Virus record (IMG/VR): IMGVR_UViG_3300034073_002585
Span: 64,001 to 128,000 of that record
Direction: 5' to 3' (one strand)
From: a virus
Length of the DNA stretch: 64,000 bases
The notes beneath the pieces were generated by a model, which worked only from the letters and a program-made list of their open reading frames with translations, had not been told where the DNA came from and ran no database searches. The translations under genes were made by a program, and so were the position numbers. Each line of letters starts with the position of its first letter. The stretch's first letter is position 1. This document shows, in pieces, positions 25,013-35,084 of this stretch.

Positions 25013-27154
25013 TCTGACGAGGGTTCGGATTCAGCCCCTAAGCCAAAAGTAGCTAAAAGCTTAGCTGGTAATAACTTTGACCTATCGAAGGTTCGCACCC
25101 TAAATAAGTCAGCTAAGCCTGGTCCAGGTAGACCCAGAACTCGTCCGATTGACCCCAATTGGAATGACCTTAAGGCTATAGAGAGTGAAATTTTCGCTAC
25201 TATACCTGCAGACGTAGACCTAGACGAGTTAAACGATAAAATTTCAGCTGTTCGAGAGGCCAGGGCCTCTGACGATGCTAAGCAATATGCAGCCGCATTG
25301 AGAGATTTAATTGTTTTCCACCAAGACAGTTTTAAAGCTGACGAGTCCTACTCCCCTAGAGACCTAGATGCTGCTGTAAAAGCTGACGAACTGCTTTCCT
25401 CTGACCCTAGGGCCATAGCTGTAGTTAGAGGTGTCTTACACGTAGGAGCTAGGGACGGTAAATCGCCTAAAACCCTAACACAGCTGCTGGATGACGCTAA
25501 GCAGAATTTTAAAGACAATAGAGCAGATGTTAGACCGCATCTTGCAGCTTTAGGTGGCGACTGGGAGACAAAGGGTGCCATCCAACTTGCTGATGACATG
25601 CAGGTCGAATTTGAGGCCGAGTTTATCAGGCAAGGCGCTCACCCTGGCGAAGCGGTGTTTAGGGCGAAACGTAGGGTAGCTCAAGTCTTAAATGACATGG
25701 CAACAGACCACAAGAAGTCCTACATAGTTTTGACATCTAAACAAGATAATGCATCCATAAAACTATTCATGGGCTCCAAGTCAGGAACGATGGTACCTGT
25801 AGCTGCTCCCGATGAGGTTGCCCAGATTCGTGTTGGTATAACTGCTGCAAGAGCTAACAAGTTCAATAAAGACCCTATAAATGTAAATGTTATGGCTAAT
25901 GACAGCACTTCAGCTATGCCTACAGCTGTCTCGTCTCAGCTGGATGATGGTGATTTGGCCTTCACATACTTTGGCGGGGATGGAGTATTTATCTACCCTC
26001 AAAGGGTAAGCAAGATGTTGGCAGATGGAGTCGACTCTAACTGGTTCTCTACCAATATTAAAGACTCTAAAGACCTATACAAGCACCTAATTGTTCATGA
26101 AACTGGTCACCTACAGATGTATAAACTGTGGGGACAAGGTAAAGGTTCTGGTAGAGCAGAGCTAGAGAAAGATTTCACTAACTTTAACGTTTCTAAAGAT
26201 GGAACTAGTGACTATGGTAGCGAGAGTATTTCTGAAAGTTTTGCCGAACAGTACGCTAAGTATTTGTTGACTGGAAATGCTTCGCAAGAATTTATAGACC
26301 TGCTTAGCTCTAAGGGCTTAACTAAGGCTCAGCTAAATAAAAAGTGGCGAGAAAACCACAAGAGTCTATTTAGCTCTGGATATGATATCTTCTTCAAATT
26401 CCTCGATGGTGTTATGGTTGATGACCAGCAGGGAGTTACTCCAGAGTACAATGGACCAGAAGCTAGGGAGTACTCAGATGGCGGAAAATACGGCGCTGGC
26501 ATCGTCCACAGACTCGGTCGTATATTAGGATTTACTAGCAATAAGCCTGACAAAGTTGACTCTATAAAAAATGATAAATATGTCATTTATAGGGGCCTAC
26601 AATCTGCTAACAATAGAACTCCTATTGATATGCATGCTCAGTTTATGTATGCTGATATGCCATACTATGGATACGGCATCCACGGGGATGGCCAGTACTC
26701 AAGTACTAATCGTCGTACTGCTCGCGGTTATGCAGGATATACAGACGACGGGGTAGTAAAAATGCGAGTCAAGCCCACTGCAAAAGTCTATTCAGAAGGT
26801 GGCCGAGGCTCTGACAATCTGTTTGACCCTGCTGTATCTAATGATGGTATCGATATTAGGGACGTCTACGCTAAGCTCTTTGACTCAGATGGAATTTTGG
26901 CTCAAATAGTTCTCAATGAAATTGACCCTGACTTGTCTGGATACGAGTTGCAAGCTCAAATAGACCTTCTAGCTAGAAAATTAGGAATTATTAATGGCAA
27001 CTATATGGGAAGCAAGTCTCACCTAGCTGCCCTTCTAGGCTTTCAAGGTATTGAAATAAATCAAGGTGGAGAGTCTTTTGTAGTTATACTTGATAGGAGT
27101 ATGCTAGAGATGCAAGACCCGAATGCCCAGATAACGCAAGGATTAAACTCATAA
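24989..27154 (+). CDS. Frameshift extension: zincin metallopeptidase + ADP-ribosyltransferase-like domain
   Basis: LIVHETGH...SESFAE; IYRG...GYGIHGDGQYSS...A.GYA...GFQGI..VILDR; the track start 25298 (TTG) has no SD and the frame is open about 120 codons further upstream. Confidence 0.7.
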   Translation: MDRAASGPSDEGSDSAPKPKVAKSLAGNNFDLSKVRTLNKSAKPGPGRPRTRPIDPNWNDLKAIESEIFATIPADVDLDELNDKISAVREARASDDAKQYAAALRDLIVFHQDSFKADESYSPRDLDAAVKADELLSSDPRAIAVVRGVLHVGARDGKSPKTLTQLLDDAKQNFKDNRADVRPHLAALGGDWETKGAIQLADDMQVEFEAEFIRQGAHPGEAVFRAKRRVAQVLNDMATDHKKSYIVLTSKQDNASIKLFMGSKSGTMVPVAAPDEVAQIRVGITAARANKFNKDPINVNVMANDSTSAMPTAVSSQLDDGDLAFTYFGGDGVFIYPQRVSKMLADGVDSNWFSTNIKDSKDLYKHLIVHETGHLQMYKLWGQGKGSGRAELEKDFTNFNVSKDGTSDYGSESISESFAEQYAKYLLTGNASQEFIDLLSSKGLTKAQLNKKWRENHKSLFSSGYDIFFKFLDGVMVDDQQGVTPEYNGPEAREYSDGGKYGAGIVHRLGRILGFTSNKPDKVDSIKNDKYVIYRGLQSANNRTPIDMHAQFMYADMPYYGYGIHGDGQYSSTNRRTARGYAGYTDDGVVKMRVKPTAKVYSEGGRGSDNLFDPAVSNDGIDIRDVYAKLFDSDGILAQIVLNEIDPDLSGYELQAQIDLLARKLGIINGNYMGSKSHLAALLGFQGIEINQGGESFVVILDRSMLEMQDPNAQITQGLNS

Positions 27155-27456
27155 TGGCTGATGAAGAAAACAGAGAAATGGAAGAGAGAGCCATAGAATA
27201 CTCTCGACTATTTGCTAGAGCAATGGGGCAGGCTACAGATTCTGATTATTTCAGTAGTGACGGTAAGTCATGGGATGAAGCTGCAGATTGGATAAAAGAC
27301 AATAATTATGTGCCCAAATCTCGTGAGTTCCGAAAACTAATTATCGATGAGATTTACCAGATATTAGAGACTAAACCCCTCCCACCTAAAGAGAGCTTCT
27401 CTGGGGAGCTACAAAAGTTCTTGGATAGATATGAAGAAAGGCGTAAAAATGGATAA
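27154..27456 (+). CDS. Hypothetical protein (candidate immunity)
   Basis: Coupled TAATG to the toxin-like ORF. Confidence 0.65.
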   Translation: MADEENREMEERAIEYSRLFARAMGQATDSDYFSSDGKSWDEAADWIKDNNYVPKSREFRKLIIDEIYQILETKPLPPKESFSGELQKFLDRYEERRKNG

Positions 27457-27637
27457 ACCAAAACGCGACTTCAACACCAAAGTAACTTACTACCTAGAAG
27501 ACTTTTCTGGCAAAAAAGCACCAAAAGAGGTAGTGGTTGACTTATCTGAACTACCGAACGAAGAGCTAGACCAGCTCCTATTCCACGTACCAGAGGCAAC
27601 ATCTGAAATCGTATATCGTGAATTATACGGTCAATAG
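27449..27637 (+). CDS. Hypothetical protein
   Basis: SD GAAAGG, 62 aa. Confidence 0.55.
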   Translation: MDKPKRDFNTKVTYYLEDFSGKKAPKEVVVDLSELPNEELDQLLFHVPEATSEIVYRELYGQ

Positions 27638-27714
27638 AATAAGAACACAAAAAATCAGTGTAAAATAGACAGTAGCCAAACACTGGTCTATTTTCCGCGG
27701 TTAGAGAGTTATAA

Positions 27715-28086
27715 ATGGCAAAAAGCAGCATCGTAGATGTCTGGTTCTATGTAGACCCACAATCAGAGAGTATTGACTCGGTTGTTTGCTGGTTCCCTAT
27801 GGGCATGTCTGTCCGCGAAGGCGGAGACTGGGAAATTTCAAGCAAAGAGGAAGCTGGAATCAACGACAAGCTTTCTAAGCATGATGTCTATCAATTGGAC
27901 TGGGATACAGACCCTCTAGTAATTGATGATTCTTACGATTTCGACGACCCAGAGAACGAACACGCTGCTATAAAAATGTACGACAAGGGAGAGCTTACCT
28001 TGGAAAGTTTGATGGAGTACTCAGAAAAAATTATGAGTGCACCAGAGGACGCCTCTGAATACGACGACTTGGAAGTCGAGGACTAA
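27715..28086 (+). CDS. Acidic hypothetical protein
   Basis: 123 aa. Confidence 0.7.
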   Translation: MAKSSIVDVWFYVDPQSESIDSVVCWFPMGMSVREGGDWEISSKEEAGINDKLSKHDVYQLDWDTDPLVIDDSYDFDDPENEHAAIKMYDKGELTLESLMEYSEKIMSAPEDASEYDDLEVED

Positions 28087-28087
28087 A

Positions 28088-31000
28088 TTGCTCAAGTTTG
28101 TTGGCGCTACTGACGAACTGGCTTTTTTTGAAAAAGATGGCCAGTATGCTGCTATTTACATTGACACTAATTTAATTGCTGATTTTTCAGAGTACGAAAT
28201 AGCAGACCACCTGCAGAAGCTTCCATCTACTCCATCAACTAAGGTTTTCTCTAACTCAGCTATAGAGCTAGTATCTGCCGCACTAACCTCATTAGACCCA
28301 GTTGTAGCTTCAGGAGACAGGATGTATACAATTCCTGAGGGTGCTACTTCTGAAGCTAAAAAAGCACTAGAGTGGCGTAAAGAGCACAAGCGTGGTGGTA
28401 CCCCTGTTGGTATGAATACTGCTCGTACTCTTGCTAAAGGCGGGCAGATTGGCATCAAGAAGGTTCGCCATATCGCAAAGTATTTCCCTCGTCACGAAGT
28501 TGACAAGAAGGGCAAAGGCTGGGCACCTGGAGAAGACAACTTCCCATCAAACGGCCGCATTGCCTGGGCGCTTTGGGGCGGCGATGCTGCATGGCGCTGG
28601 GCTCGTGCAATCGTAGAGCGCGAAGATAGAAAAGCAAAGACTGCTAGTGGATATGCATTCTCCAATTATGAAGAAGATTTAGACACATACGGCTACACCG
28701 ACGGTTATGGTTCTGATTTAGATGCTTTTAAAGCAGCTCATTACATGGACGAAAACGCTGGCCCCGAATTTATGGCACGCGTCAGGACCGATGGCTCTGG
28801 AATTGACAGACTATATAAAATTGAAATAGACGGAAGTGTATTTGTCTGGGATGACTGCGGATGGGATAACCTAGGTCACGTAGATGGAGATGTTTATTTT
28901 TACGACCGAGAATTGGATGACGAGCTCGATTTAGTTGATGTAGAGCACGTAATGATTGACCCGTCGTCTGCGGTTATCGTTTCTGCATTCCTGCAAGAAC
29001 GCCCTTTCCAGCCAGTAAAACTAGATGAGATTGACCCAGAAGAGACAGCTATTATGGCTGAAGGTCTTTATGAAGAAGACTTCACCATGATTGACAGGGT
29101 AATTACTGCAGCAGGTGAAACTCCTATTAGCGGTAAGACTTCTAAGGCAGACCAGGATGGCGACGGAAAACTAGATACCCAGTTTTTGTCTGACAAGGCC
29201 AAATCACAGCCTAGAGATAAAGACGGTCTTTTTGTCAGCGTTGGCTCTCGCACTGTCGTGGGTGGAGACAAAGAGCGTGGTTCTGGAGAGATTACCCGTA
29301 TTGATTATGACCGAAATCGGGTTGTTGTTAGACTAGACAATGGTAAAACCATTTCTGTTGACCCTAAGTACACTCAGGCTGAAGACAAATTTGATGGCCC
29401 TATGCAGATGCCTAGCGCTGTCCCTCCTGTAGATTTTTCAGGAATTTTAGGAGAGCCAAGAAGTCCTAGGGGTGCTATAGCAACTCTTCCTGGAACAATG
29501 GCACCTCTAACCGCTAAAGACGTTCAACTTCTTTTAAACGACTACCCTAAATATGTCCAAAAGATGCGTGACTCCTACAAGCTCTATGAGGACAACCCTA
29601 AGGGTCTTAGGGATTATGACAAGAAGTATATGGAAAAGCGGTATGGACTTAAGGCTGCTGGAGAGAAAGAGTCTGATGCAATCAACTCTCCTAAAGAGTC
29701 TGACGTACCAGCTAAGTACCTAGCTATCGTTTCCCCAGAAGACAAGACCGCAGTTATGGACGTTGTCGCCATTGTGCCAGCGTCCAAGACATCTACCGAA
29801 CCTACTATTTACGAGCGTCGCGAAGGTAAGTGGACTAAGAATGACCAGATTCTAAATGACCTTAAGTCTTCTACCCCTCCTCCAGTAATTCCTCTAGACG
29901 AGAAGGAAGTTCTAAACGACGTCCTTAAGCAAGCAGACGAGGCTACAATGCAGGCCTCGGCTTACGACTTTAATCAGTTCTGGTACGGCGTAGTCGAGCC
30001 GCTACTAGCTAAAGGTGGAGTAGACCGTAACCGAGGAAATGCAGAAAAGCTTCGTCGTTATTGGACTCGTGGTAAGGGTGCTCTCAAGATTCGCTGGGGA
30101 ACCCCTGGCGACTGGACCCGTTGTGTCCGACTACTGTCTAAGTACATGGGCCCACGTGCAAAGGGCTACTGCCAGCTTCGCCACAAGGAAGTTACTGGTG
30201 TCTACACTGGTAGCAAATACAACGTAGGCAAGAAGAGAGGCCGTAAAGCTTCTGGTTACCTATTTGCAACTGAGGCAGAGTTTGAAAAAGCAATGATTTC
30301 TAAGTCAGAACTTATTGCTAAGGCTCAGGATGCTAGAGAAAAAATTAGCTTAATTGCGTCGGCTGCTGGTCAAGGCTCTAAGTTCTTAATTCCTATGCTT
30401 GTACCAGAAGAAGTGGAATCTGGAGACGGACGCAAGTTTAAGTCTGGTGCAATTAGTGTTCGCGATTTACCAGTTCCTCTACTATGGCAGATTAAAACTG
30501 GTGCAGGCCACGACGGCTCTGTTGTAGTTGGTCGCATTGACTACATCGAGCGCGTTGAGGGTGGTATGGGTAATGCATACGGTGTCTTTGACAACGGACC
30601 ATATGGCCGTGAAGCAGAGCGTCTAGTTCGTCATGGCTTCCTACGCGGCGTTTCTGTAGACCTCGACCAGTTCGAGGCAAAAGAGGAAAAGAAGCCAAAA
30701 GAAGAAATGTCCGAGGAAGATGGCGATTCGATTGGTAAGGATAAACTTACCATAAATAAGGCCAGAATAATGGCTGCTACAATTGTAGCTAAGCCAGCAT
30801 TCCAAGAATGCTCTATTGAATTGCAAAACGAGGGGGACCAGGAGGAAACCGTGACCCCAGAAGACGGCGTTTACGAGGAGTCGATGGAAGACTTCGCTGA
30901 CCTCGAACCTATCGCAGCCTCTGGCTTCTTGAAGCAGGAAGTCCCAATGACTCCTCCTTCAGATTGGTTCAAGCACCCAGGCCTGACTAAGCCAACCCCG

Positions 31001-32698
31001 CTCACTGTGGACGAGAATGGTCGTATTTACGGCCACATTGCAGCATGGAATGTAAACCACATCGGTTTGCCTCGTGCAACCAAGCCGCCACGTTCTCGCA
31101 GCAAGTACGCCTACTTCCACACTGGTGTTCTCCGTTGCGACGACGGTACTGATGTTCCAGTTGGTCAGCTAACTCTTGCTGGAGGACACGCTCCTCTAAA
31201 TGCAGATGCAGCTTCGGCCGCTAAGCACTACGATGACACCGCTTCCGCTGTTGCAGATATTCACTGTGGTGAAGACGAGTACGGTATATGGTGTGCAGGT
31301 TCAATCCGCCCTGGGCTAGATGAAATGCAGATTCGCGCACTTCGTGCTTCTGCTCCTTCTGGAGACTGGCGACCTATTAACGGCTCACTCGAGCTTGTTG
31401 CTATCTGCCAGGTTAACGTTCCTGGATTCCCGACTGCTCGTGCAATGATTGCATCTGGCAAGGTTTTGGCTCTGGTTGCTGCTGGAGCAAGCTACATGGC
31501 CGCTATGAAGTGTTCTGGGGCTGCATGCTCTCTCAACACCAAGGCAGAACTGCTAGGACAGCTTGCCGCAAGTGCACCAGACCTAAAGGGCCGTGTCAGG
31601 GAAGCAAAGAAGGCGCTACGTGCTGCCAACTTGCAGGCTATAACTGCAAGTGCAGCAGAGTTCCGCGAGAAGGCTCTAGTTGCAGCTGCTGTAGCTGAGC
31701 TTGCCAAGATTTCTGAAGATGAGCGCATGGAGCTTGCCAAAGAAGGTAAGGCAATGCCAGATGGGGCTTACCCAATTCGTAATGTGGAAGACCTTAAGAA
31801 TGCTATTCAGGCTTATGGTCGCGCAAAGGCTTCAGAGCGACGTGCAGTTCGCAAGCACATTATGAATCAGGCTCGTAAGCTCAAGCAATGGGCTTTAGTG
31901 CCAGAGCACTGGAAGAATGCTGATTCTATGGAAGCAGCTCAGCGGGTTGCATCCATGCGTGCAGCAATTACTGCCGCCGCTAACAAAGACTGCGGCTGCG
32001 AGTTGGATGGAAAGTCGGTGGTGGCTGCTGGCCCAAAAGACGAGGAGATTTCTGATTCAGACCTAAAAAAATTGCGTGACGCTAAAGAAGAAGCTGACAA
32101 GCAAACTGAAGAAGAAATCGCTGAAGCCGAAAAAGTTAAAGCTGGAAAGACTAGCGTAGAAGACAAGTATGACGACGAAGGTCGTCAGAAATACGTTTCT
32201 GGCGTAAACCAGCCTCGTGACGCTAAAGGTAAGTATCGCACCGTGTTGGCTCGCCTAAAGCAGAACCTCGGGGTAGCTGGTTTAGCAAAAGCCCTTAAAA
32301 AGGCTGAAGATGCAGAAAATCTTGACTTTGCTGGTGACTACAGCGCTTCAGCTGCGGCTAGCTCAGAGCTGTTAGGCATGATTGACAGACTCGACAGTGG
32401 AGCACTAAATGCAGAAGCACTGGAAAATGTTAAGGGAACTGCAGCTGAATTAGGTAAGGTAATTTCAAATCTGCCTCTACCATTCGGTGAAGAAGCCCAA
32501 AAAGTTAGATTTAGCGATTTGCCAGCGGGATTGAAGGACCTCATTGAGGGAATGATTGACCGCGTTGAAAGCAAAATCGGTAAAAAGGACGCAGATATTG
32601 CTACGCAAAACCTGAAGTCCTACATGTCAGGAGCAGATGTTTACTCTCAGGGAGAGGTTCAATCTGAGATGAGCAAGCTACTCCGACTACTTACCTAA
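28088..32698 (+). CDS. Multidomain head protein containing capsid maturation protease
   Basis: ESGDGRKF..LPVPLLWQ..GHDGSVVVGRI..LRGVSVDLD (HK97-type prohead protease); second domain GRIYGHIA..SGDWR..VNVPGFP; start uncertain (28037 or TTG 28088). Confidence 0.8.
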   Translation: MLKFVGATDELAFFEKDGQYAAIYIDTNLIADFSEYEIADHLQKLPSTPSTKVFSNSAIELVSAALTSLDPVVASGDRMYTIPEGATSEAKKALEWRKEHKRGGTPVGMNTARTLAKGGQIGIKKVRHIAKYFPRHEVDKKGKGWAPGEDNFPSNGRIAWALWGGDAAWRWARAIVEREDRKAKTASGYAFSNYEEDLDTYGYTDGYGSDLDAFKAAHYMDENAGPEFMARVRTDGSGIDRLYKIEIDGSVFVWDDCGWDNLGHVDGDVYFYDRELDDELDLVDVEHVMIDPSSAVIVSAFLQERPFQPVKLDEIDPEETAIMAEGLYEEDFTMIDRVITAAGETPISGKTSKADQDGDGKLDTQFLSDKAKSQPRDKDGLFVSVGSRTVVGGDKERGSGEITRIDYDRNRVVVRLDNGKTISVDPKYTQAEDKFDGPMQMPSAVPPVDFSGILGEPRSPRGAIATLPGTMAPLTAKDVQLLLNDYPKYVQKMRDSYKLYEDNPKGLRDYDKKYMEKRYGLKAAGEKESDAINSPKESDVPAKYLAIVSPEDKTAVMDVVAIVPASKTSTEPTIYERREGKWTKNDQILNDLKSSTPPPVIPLDEKEVLNDVLKQADEATMQASAYDFNQFWYGVVEPLLAKGGVDRNRGNAEKLRRYWTRGKGALKIRWGTPGDWTRCVRLLSKYMGPRAKGYCQLRHKEVTGVYTGSKYNVGKKRGRKASGYLFATEAEFEKAMISKSELIAKAQDAREKISLIASAAGQGSKFLIPMLVPEEVESGDGRKFKSGAISVRDLPVPLLWQIKTGAGHDGSVVVGRIDYIERVEGGMGNAYGVFDNGPYGREAERLVRHGFLRGVSVDLDQFEAKEEKKPKEEMSEEDGDSIGKDKLTINKARIMAATIVAKPAFQECSIELQNEGDQEETVTPEDGVYEESMEDFADLEPIAASGFLKQEVPMTPPSDWFKHPGLTKPTPLTVDENGRIYGHIAAWNVNHIGLPRATKPPRSRSKYAYFHTGVLRCDDGTDVPVGQLTLAGGHAPLNADAASAAKHYDDTASAVADIHCGEDEYGIWCAGSIRPGLDEMQIRALRASAPSGDWRPINGSLELVAICQVNVPGFPTARAMIASGKVLALVAAGASYMAAMKCSGAACSLNTKAELLGQLAASAPDLKGRVREAKKALRAANLQAITASAAEFREKALVAAAVAELAKISEDERMELAKEGKAMPDGAYPIRNVEDLKNAIQAYGRAKASERRAVRKHIMNQARKLKQWALVPEHWKNADSMEAAQRVASMRAAITAAANKDCGCELDGKSVVAAGPKDEEISDSDLKKLRDAKEEADKQTEEEIAEAEKVKAGKTSVEDKYDDEGRQKYVSGVNQPRDAKGKYRTVLARLKQNLGVAGLAKALKKAEDAENLDFAGDYSASAAASSELLGMIDRLDSGALNAEALENVKGTAAELGKVISNLPLPFGEEAQKVRFSDLPAGLKDLIEGMIDRVESKIGKKDADIATQNLKSYMSGADVYSQGEVQSEMSKLLRLLT

Positions 32699-32816
32699 AA
32701 AATAAGGTAAAATTATCGTAGGTTTAAGCGCCTCGCGCTCTGTGCGCCGAGTCCCTTAGCCTTGACTGTAAATAGGATGTAAGTCACATCCACAACTAAC
32801 TGGCCTAGGAGGTACA

Positions 32817-34997
32817 GTGTACGACCAAATCAAGACTCAGCTTGACACTATCACTGAGCTAAGCGATGAACAACTCGCAGAGCTTCAGGCAGATATTGTC
32901 AGCCAGTTTGAAATGGTTGAGGGTGAAGACCCGACTCCTGAGACAGTTGATGCTATGACGTCACTAGCTGACTCTCTTGACATCGTTCGCGGCGAGCTAT
33001 CTAACCGCGAGGCTATGGCCGCTGAGCTTGCTCAGCGTGCCGCTGAGGCTACCGCCCGTGTCAAGGGACAGGTTGCTGACGAGGGAGAAGAAATGGCTAT
33101 GACCGAAGACGAGCCTATGGAGGAAGCTCCTGCAGAAGAGGCACCAGCCGAGGAGGAAACTCCAGAAGCTGAGACCCCTGAAGAGGAAGCTCCAGAAAGC
33201 ACCGAGGATGAGGCCAAGGAAGAAGACAACAAGGAGGAAGAAATGTCTGTAGATGAGACCATCGCAGCATCCGCTTCTGAGCAAGAGTCTGCGCCTGAGG
33301 CAATCACCGAGGCCGCTACTGTCGAGACCGCTGAGGTCTCTGCTCCAGAAGCAGAGCTTTCTACCGAAGAGGTAGAAGCTCCAGCTGAAGAGGCTGTAGC
33401 TGAGGCTCCAGTCGAGGCAGAGGCATCAGTCGAAGAGACTGTTGTCGAGGCCGCAGAGGCAACCGAGGCATCCGTAGAGGGTACCGAGGAGACCGTAGCT
33501 GAGACCCCTGAGGTCGCAGAAGCATCAACCGCTCAGGAAGACGGTTCTGAACTATCAACCGAGACAGAGGAAGCAACCGAGCTTTCAACCGAGGAAACTG
33601 CCGAGGCAGTTGCTGAAGTTGAGACTGCTGCCGAGCTCTCTTCTGAAGAAACTATCGAAACATCAACCGCTCTTGTAGAAGAGCAGAAGGAGCAGGCAGT
33701 GACCGCTGCAGCTGAACAGCCTTTCGAGGCCCCAGCCGACCGTCAGCCTGTAGTTCAGGTAACCGAGGCTCCAGTAGCAATCACTGCTGGCGCTGACATC
33801 CCTGGCTACAGCGCGGGAAGCGAAATTAAGGACATGAATGAGGTTGCTACTCTTATGGAGAAGCGCCTTCACTCGCTACGCCGTGTAAACGGTGGCGACG
33901 GAGAGCAGCACATTGTTGCATCGTTCTCCACCCAGTACCCAGAGGCCAGATTCCTGGGCTCTGACGCCGAAGCAAACGCTGCAAAGATTGAGGGCGTTGT
34001 TGGTCGTGAGGCACTTGTTGCTTCTGGTGGCCACGCTGCTCCAGTCGAGACCAAGTACGACATTTTCGGCCTTGGTTCAACCACCGTTCGCCCAGTTCGC
34101 GATGCACTGCCTCGCTTCCAGGCTGACCGTGGCGGTATCCGCTTCGTAACCCCACCAAGCTTTGCTTCTGGTGACTACGCAGACGCAGTTGGCATCTGGA
34201 CCGCTGCAAACGACTCCGCTGAGACCCCTTCTCCTTCGAGCAAGACCTCGCTGACCGTTTCAGCTGCTGCAGAGAACACTGCTGTAACTGACGCTGTAAC
34301 CCTACAGCTACAGTTCGGTAACCTAATGACTCGCGCTTACCCAGAGTTGATTGCTCGCCACAACGAGCTAGCTCTAGTACAGCACGCACGCGAGGCTGAG
34401 GTTAACTTGCTAACCAAGATTGGTGAGGCATCCACTGCTGTTACCTCTGGAACCCTAATTGGTTTCGGTCGTGACTTCCTTGTGACCCTTCGCAAGGCAG
34501 CTGTTGCTTACCGCTCACGTCACCGTATTGCTCCGACCACTCAGCTAAAGGCTATCATTCCTGACTGGGTATTCGACGCAATGGCAGCTGACCTAGCTAT
34601 CGCAATGCCTGGCGACAACACCATCGCTGTTGGTCGCTCCGAGATTGAGGGCTACCTCGCTCAGAGCAACGTAACTCTAGTTGCAACCCCTGACCAGAAC
34701 TATTTTGGTGCACAGGGTGCTGCAGCTCTTCTAGAGTTCCCAGACAGCTTCGTATGGTACATGTTCGCAGAGGGCACCTTCCTATTCTTGGATGGCGGCA
34801 CTCTAGACCTAGGTATCATCCGCGACAGCTCCCTAGTTGGAACCAACGACTACAAGATGTTCGTTGAGACCTTCGAGGGTCTAGCCAAGGTTGGTATCGA
34901 GTCTCTAAAGGTAACCCAGACCGTTAACATCAACGGTGTGGCTGCTGCTCTACGCGACACCACTGGTGGCGCAACTGCAGCTGCTATCGAGCTCTAA
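32817..34997 (+). CDS. Major capsid protein with long acidic N-terminal scaffold-like region
   Basis: Strong SD AGGAGG; LVASGG.AP..YDIF, VRDALPRFQADRGGIRF, LDLGIIRDSSL..NDYKMFVETFE; strong terminator after. Confidence 0.88.
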   Translation: MYDQIKTQLDTITELSDEQLAELQADIVSQFEMVEGEDPTPETVDAMTSLADSLDIVRGELSNREAMAAELAQRAAEATARVKGQVADEGEEMAMTEDEPMEEAPAEEAPAEEETPEAETPEEEAPESTEDEAKEEDNKEEEMSVDETIAASASEQESAPEAITEAATVETAEVSAPEAELSTEEVEAPAEEAVAEAPVEAEASVEETVVEAAEATEASVEGTEETVAETPEVAEASTAQEDGSELSTETEEATELSTEETAEAVAEVETAAELSSEETIETSTALVEEQKEQAVTAAAEQPFEAPADRQPVVQVTEAPVAITAGADIPGYSAGSEIKDMNEVATLMEKRLHSLRRVNGGDGEQHIVASFSTQYPEARFLGSDAEANAAKIEGVVGREALVASGGHAAPVETKYDIFGLGSTTVRPVRDALPRFQADRGGIRFVTPPSFASGDYADAVGIWTAANDSAETPSPSSKTSLTVSAAAENTAVTDAVTLQLQFGNLMTRAYPELIARHNELALVQHAREAEVNLLTKIGEASTAVTSGTLIGFGRDFLVTLRKAAVAYRSRHRIAPTTQLKAIIPDWVFDAMAADLAIAMPGDNTIAVGRSEIEGYLAQSNVTLVATPDQNYFGAQGAAALLEFPDSFVWYMFAEGTFLFLDGGTLDLGIIRDSSLVGTNDYKMFVETFEGLAKVGIESLKVTQTVNINGVAAALRDTTGGATAAAIEL

Positions 34998-35015
34998 ACA
35001 TAACTGAAAATAAAT

Positions 35016-35051
35016 AGGGTTGCTCCCTGGCCTTCGGGCCAGGGGGCTCCC
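35016..35051 (+). terminator. Stem-loop after major capsid gene
   Basis: GCTCCCTGGCC-TTCG-GGCCAGGGGGC. Confidence 0.7.
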
Positions 35052-35084
35052 GCCCCCTAAAAGATTTTAAATTAAGGATTTTAA

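Noticed and set aside
24993-25297. Intergenic gap or pseudogene break
   Set aside because: The -1 frame is open throughout with normal-looking codons and a phased slippery site, so frameshift-read coding sequence explains it better.
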